From: Macrostomum lignano
Lineage: Eukaryota
Assembly (NCBI GenBank): GCA_002269645.1
Contig: NIVC01004020.1
Span: 1 to 14,653 of the forward strand
Length of the DNA: 14,653 nt
Direction of reading: 5' to 3'
Position 1 is the stretch's first letter. Each line of letters opens with the position of its first letter. The notes under the pieces were generated by a model that was not told the DNA's origin, did no database searches, and was given only the letters and a program-made list of their open reading frames with translations. The translations under genes and the position numbers were made by a program. Of this stretch, positions 9,489 through 14,653 are shown piece after piece.

Positions 9489-9730
9489 TCTCACCGAGAT
9501 CTGATCTCATTTTGTTAAGACCTCATTTCACTAACGAGATCTAATCTCACCACCCGTGTATCTCTATATATCATCGCACTCTATAAAGATCTCATCTCTC
9601 TTCACCGAGATATGATCTCATTTTGTCAAGACCTCATCTCACTAACGAGATCTAATCTCAACAACCGTATATCTTTATATCATCGCACTCTATAAAGATC
9701 TCATCTCTCTTCACCGAGATCTAATCTCAG
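9489..9730. repeat. ~110-bp tandem duplication (about 2.2 copies) built from ATCTC/GAGATCT subrepeats
   Basis: TCACCGAGAT recurs at 9491, 9602 and 9711, and the intervening blocks are near-identical. Confidence 0.85.
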
Positions 9731-9826
9731 TCCATCTATATCTACGTCTCTTCTCTGTCTTCTATTTTCTCTAACTTAGGTCATCAAATCTCGTCTCACC
9801 CTCATTCTATCTGCATGTCTCGCGTC

Positions 9827-10129
9827 GAGTTGTAGCCAAAAGGGGTTGTAGCCTTGTAGTCAGAGCGTCGCACTCGCGACTTGAAGGTCGGGGTTTCGAT
9901 TCCTGATCCTACTGGAACAACTTGTGTCCTTGACCAAGACACTTAACTCTGCATTGCTTCAGTTCACCCAGCTGTAAAATGGGTGCCAGCATTAGCTGGG
10001 GTAATTGAGGGTGTGGGGGGCGACCCGCGACCCCCCAATCCTTGGACTGAACAGCCGTACGCAGCCTTCAGATGCGCCGCGCAATAGCTGCGGCTGAGCT
10101 GTCGGTCAATAATCAATAATTATTTATTA
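9827..10129 (+). mobile_element. tRNA-derived SINE with CORE-like central domain
   Basis: tRNA-like head from 9842 with A box TAGCCTTGTAG (9849-9859) and B box GGTTTCGATTCC (9892-9903). The central GTGTCCTTGACCAAGACACTTAAC...CTGTAAAATGGG (9924-9983) resembles the MIR/CORE domain. It has an AAT/ATT-rich tail and is flanked by the direct repeat CTCGCGTC (9819-9826, 10130-10137), a probable TSD. Confidence 0.85.
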
Positions 10130-10506
10130 CTCGCGTCATCTTGACAGAGTAAGAAATCTATATTCTTTCAATGAAATGAAACTTCATTTATTTCATATCT
10201 GTAGACTAACCTAATATTTCTGTATCTCTTGGTCCCCTTAATCTGTAATATTTTTTCCAAACTGCGTTTGCCTGCGTTTCATAAGTGGCCGTTAGATAAT
10301 TAATTTTACGACTGAATCTATCCAAGCTTTTAAAGAAATCAGTTGACGTACAAAAATAAGTTCGATTTATATATTTTTATAATGTTTTATAAAATCATTC
10401 TTAAGCTTCTGGACTGTCTGCTGTGTCCGGAAATGAGGCAGATTTGGACTGTCTGGTCTTTCTCAAATTTAAAATGAGAACGGTGAACGATAAAAAATTA
10501 CATCTT

Positions 10507-10890
10507 AGAATGGTAGGCGATAGCAAGGTAGAACGTAAAATTTTATATGGTAGATCAGTAGAATTGTAGATGCTAAATGGTAGATTGTAGAACGGTAGTC
10601 TAGAGTGTAGAAGTAGAACAGTAGAATGGTAGATGGTAGAACGTTAAAGTGTAGAAATCGAACAGTGGATGTTAGAACGGTAGATGGTAGAATGGTAGTG
10701 TAGAACGGTAGATGGTAGAGTGTAGAACTGTGGATGGTAGAATGGTAGAGTGTAGAACTGTAGATGGTAGAATGGTAGAGTGTAGAACGGTAGATGGTAG
10801 AACGGTAGATAGTAGAATGGTAGATGGTTGATTGTAGAACGGTAAAGCATTAAATGGTAGAGATTTTGGATAGTAGAACGGTAGATGGTA
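10507..10890. repeat. Cryptic 7-8-bp satellite (TAGAAYGG/TAGATGG/TAGAGTG) with ~30-bp higher-order unit
   Basis: Continuous run of TAG-initiated units. TAGAACTGTAGATGGTAGAATGGTAGAGTG-like 30-mers repeat around 10700-10800. Confidence 0.9.
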
Positions 10891-10925
10891 AAACTTTTCT
10901 ACCCTATCAGCAGCCTATCCGTACC

Positions 10926-10997
10926 TTGATCCTGCGAGCACTGATTTTAGGTTAAAATGAATGCATGCTTGATTAAAATGAGTGCTCGCAGGTTCAA
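10926..10997. repeat. 72-bp hairpin-forming inverted repeat
   Basis: TTGATCCTGCGAGCACTGATTTTA (10926-10949) pairs with TAAAATGAGTGCTCGCAGGTTCAA (10974-10997) at 22/24 positions around a 24-nt loop. Confidence 0.8.
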
Positions 10998-11548
10998 ACT
11001 TGGCTTTAAAAAGGTAAAGTGTTGCAATTGAACCAATAATACGTGTATCCTGCCGCCGAAGACTAAATTGCATTACCCGCAAGATTAAATAGACTGCTAA
11101 CTGCCATACGCCTTAAGTTTAAACATTTGGGTCTTGACATTTTGTAGGCTGTAAAACCTCGTAGGTATGCTTATGTTATAATATTACACAGTATACAGTA
11201 TGTACGTTTATAGGTAAAGTTTCGGTATTTTACATCTATACTTATGCCTCTTCTGCAGGCCAGGTGGAAGAGGCAAACAGATAAAATGCTTTCATGTGTA
11301 ACTAACTGTACAACAGTTAGCGAGCGGCAGCTGTCCCAGATCTATCCCATCTCTCTCCAGTGCTTTAACTGGCTTTTTCTCCCTTTCTGTACCTGATGCA
11401 GGGGATAGATGAAACTGGGATTCTATCCTAATATCCTTTGGCTTTGCCGTTTTCCATTTAAAATCTAAATAATACTTGAAAAATTCTAGTCAAAGAGTTA
11501 GTGTTTGACATTCAATACACGGAATTGTTCGTGTTAAGGTGTGTTAAG

Positions 11549-13077
11549 GATCATAGGGGATTGTTCATCTGGTAATGATCATGGGGGATTGTTCATCTGT
11601 TAATGATCATGGGGAATTGTTCATCTGGTAATGATCATGGGGGATTGTTCATCTGTTAATGATCATGGGGAATTGTTCATCTGGTAATGATCATAGGGGA
11701 TTGTTCATCTGGTAATGATCATGGGGGATTGTTCATCTGTTAATGATCATGGGGAATTGTTCATCTGGTAATGATCATGGGGATTGTTCATCTGTTAATG
11801 ATCATGGGGAATTGTTCATCTGGTAATGATCATGGGGAATTGTTCATCTGTTAATGATCATGGGGATTGTTCATCTGGTAATGATCATGGGGGATTGTTC
11901 ATCTGTTAATGATCATGGGGAATTGTTCATCTGGTAATGATCATGGGGATTGTTCATCTGTTAATGATCATGGGGAATTGTTCATCTGGTAATGATCATG
12001 GGGATTGTTCATCTGGTAATGATCATGGGGGATTGTTCATCTGTTAATGATCATGGGGAATTGTTCATCTGGTAATGATCATGGGGGATTGTTCATCTGT
12101 TAATGATCATGGGGGATTGTTCATCTGGTAATGATCATGGGGGATTGTTCATCTGTTAATGATCATGGGGAATTGTTCATCTGGTAATGATCATGGGGGA
12201 TTGTTCATCTGGTAATGATCATGGGGAATTGTTCATCTGGTAATGATCATGGGGGATTGTTCATCTGGTAATGATCATGGGGGATTGTTCATCTGTTAAT
12301 GATCATGGGGAATTGTTCATCTGGTAATGATCATGGGGGATTGTTCATCTGTTAATGATCATGGGGGATTGTTCATCTGTTAATGATCATGGGAAATTGT
12401 TCATCTGGTAATGATCATGGGGAATTGTTCATCTGTTAATGATCATGGGGAATTGTTCATCTGGTAATGATCATGGGGGATTGTTCATCTGGTAATGATC
12501 ATGGGGAATTGTTCATCTGGTAATGATCATGGGGGATTGTTTATCTGGTAATGATCATGGGGGATTGTTCATCTGTTAATGATCATGGGGAATTGTTCAT
12601 CTGGTAATGATCATGGGGATTGTTCATCTGTTAATGATCATGGGGAATTGTTCATCTGGTAATGATCATGGGGAATTGTTCATCTGGTAATGATCATGGG
12701 GGATTGTTCATCTGGTAATGATCATGGGGGATTGTTCATCTGTTAATGATCATGGGGAATTGTTCATCTGGTAATGATCATGGGGGATTGTTCATCTGTT
12801 AATGATCATGGGGAATTGTTCATCTGTTAATGATCATGGGAAATTGTTCACCTGTCAATGATGACGGGGAATTGTTCACCTGTCAATGATCATGGAGAAT
12901 TGTTCATCTGTCAATGATCATGGAGAATTATTCATCTGTCAATGATGACGGGGAATTGTTCACCTGTCAATGATCATGGAGAATTGTTCATCTGTCAATG
13001 ATGACGGGGAATTGTTTATCTGGTAATGATCATGGGGAATTGTTCATCTGTCAAATATCACGGGGAATTATTCATCT
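11549..13077. repeat. 28-bp minisatellite, about 54 copies
   Basis: Unit GATCATGGGG(G/A)ATTGTTCATCTG(G/T)TAAT, with GATC at 11549 and 11577 and some 27-bp units. There are no spacers and the last ~8 units are divergent. Confidence 0.97.
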
Positions 13078-13832
13078 TCCAAAGCTCACCAGGAAATTAA
13101 TACGAGTTAGTGGTAGCAGAAAGCAGATAAAGCTCACACAGAATTGCTCGAATGCCGTCTTATTTTATACCTAGCTCGATATGTATGGTAAACAGCAATG
13201 ATGGTGATAATTTGGGGGTTGACCAATACCAACCTCAATGGTCGAATTGCGAAAGAGACGAATACGATAAAAAACAGAAACAAAAAATCTCTATGTAAAA
13301 AATAGCCAGCCAGCGTACAGTGCATGTTTTTTTCTTAATTAATTAACACGGTCTGGCGTCCTTTAACTGTTCCACTCCATTCGGTGTGTGTTCATTATAC
13401 ACCAACCTCGTGCCTGAGCACTTCTCCCATTCACTTTGGGCACTTTCTTCCCAAGTCAGGCAGACAGCCCTCTTCAAACATGCTTCATTTAAAGCGGCCT
13501 CTCTAATCCTTTTTCCGTCTTCTCTTCCCTTTTTCTTTCCATCTTTATTGCGCTCAGGCTTCTTCGAACTCAGTTATACATATGTAGCTTTATTATTGAT
13601 GAGTTCGCGCTTCATTAGCTCCAATTATATCATATATAATTGTAGCGCATTATATTTTCCTCACAAATTGTGTTCTCTAAGTTTCCTTAGTTCGATTTTC
13701 GATGGGCGTCTGTGTATTATAGTCCACTTTTATAATAATAATATATAATAGTCCCACTGTTAGTTTATTACTTTTTGCGGCGCTTCAATGCCCATCAGAA
13801 TCGACTCCCTGCGCTTGATTTTGGGTACGTGA

Positions 13833-14653
13833 GCCTCCCAGATCCTCAGTTGCTGGGCCAGCCCCAGATCCTCAGTTGCTGGGCCAGCCCCAGATCCTCA
13901 GTTGCTGGGCCGGCCTCCCAGATTCTCAGTTGCTGGGCCAGCCTCCCAGAGTGTCAGTTGCTGGGCCAGCCTCCCAGATCCTCAGTTGCTGGCCACCAGC
14001 CTCGCAGATCCTCAGTTGCTGGGCCAGCCTCCCAGAGTGTCAGTTGCTGGGCCAGCCTCCCAGAGTGTCAGTTGCTGGGCCAGCCTCCCAGATCCTCAGT
14101 TGCTGGGCCAGCCTCCCAGATCCTCAGTTGCTGGGCCAGCCTCCCAGATCCTCAGTTGCTGGGCCAGCCTCCCAGATCCTCAGTTGCTGGGCCACCAGCC
14201 TCGCAGATCCTCAGTTGCTGGGCCAGCCTCCCAGAGTGTCAGTTGCTGGGCCAGCCTCCCAGAGTGTCAGTTGCTGGGCCAGCCTCCCAGATCCTCAGTT
14301 GCTGGGCCACCAGCCTCGCAGATCCTCAGTTGCTGGGCCAGCCTCCCAGATCCTCAGTTGCTGGGCCAGCCTCCCAGAGTGTCAGTTGCTGGGCCAGCCT
14401 CCCAGATCCTCAGTTGCTGGGCCAGCCTCCCAGATCCTCAGTTGCTGGGCCAGCCTCCCAGATTCTCAGTTGCTGGGCCAGCCTCCCAGATTCTCAGTTG
14501 CTGGGCCAGCCTCCCAGATTCTCAGTTGCTGGGCCAGCCTCCCAGATCCTCAGTTGCTGGGCCAGCCTCCCAGATCTTCAGTTGCTGGGCCAGCCTTCCA
14601 GATCCTCAGTTGCTGGGCCAGTCTCCCAGATCCTCAGTTGCTCGCCAGCCTCC
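13833..14653. repeat. Second 28-bp minisatellite (GC-rich), about 29 copies, running off the window end
   Basis: Unit GCCTCCCAGATCCTCAGTTGCTGGGCCA, with recurrent variants (GAGTGTCAG, GATTCTCAG, +CCA insertion followed by CTCGCAG). There are no spacers. Confidence 0.97.

Larger units (their letters stand above)
9408..14653 (+). other. Probable large first intron (3' end not identified in window)
   Basis: Begins with GTGAGT and is filled with a SINE and tandem repeats. I found no exon encoding the expected family continuation (roughly YK.WLC). Confidence 0.6.

Noticed and set aside
9408-9518. C-terminal part of ORF 8592..9518 as coding
   Set aside because: It is read-through past a canonical GTGAGT donor into low-complexity intronic repeat. 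The listed TTG start at 8592 is also less likely than ATG 8610.
9842-9910. tRNA gene
   Set aside because: It has A/B boxes but no complete cloverleaf, and it continues into a CORE-like domain, tail and TSD, so it is a SINE head.
10644-10850. 68-aa LPFYH-repeat protein
   Set aside because: It is a translation of the TAG-based satellite.
11549-13077. G-quadruplex array from the G4-5 runs
   Set aside because: The G-runs are separated by ~23-nt loops, too long for canonical stable G4.
13386-13748. 120-aa F/S/L-rich ORF
   Set aside because: Its composition follows from pyrimidine-rich DNA, it has a GTG start, and I see no family resemblance.
11549-14653. CRISPR arrays (28-bp repeats, one with internal dyad symmetry)
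   Set aside because: The units are head-to-tail with no unique spacers, there are no cas genes, and the context is eukaryotic.

Overview
This is AT-rich animal (probably invertebrate) nuclear DNA with no prokaryotic features. The one convincing protein-coding element is a large first coding exon on the + strand (ATG 8610 to GT donor after 9407). It encodes a Cys-rich membrane-anchored or secreted glycoprotein that most resembles the NALCN auxiliary subunit family (FAM155/NALF/NLF-1), recognised from memory only. A CpG-rich, promoter-like zone (~7020-8500) precedes it. Upstream lie a 387-bp hAT-type MITE (17-bp TIRs, 8-bp TSD) and two neighbouring internally deleted mariner-like elements with long inverted arms (255 and ~195 bp). 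One keeps the transposase N-terminal HTH and the other its C-terminus, and both show CpG-deamination scars. The downstream presumed intron holds a tRNA-derived CORE-like SINE, a 72-bp hairpin and four tandem repeats, including two unrelated 28-bp minisatellites. Most listed ORFs are artefacts of these repeats. I do not see a clearly new biological system. The best leads are the long-armed mariner pair with a position-conserved internal motif and the divergent FAM155-like gene. All counts are manual and no database search was run.
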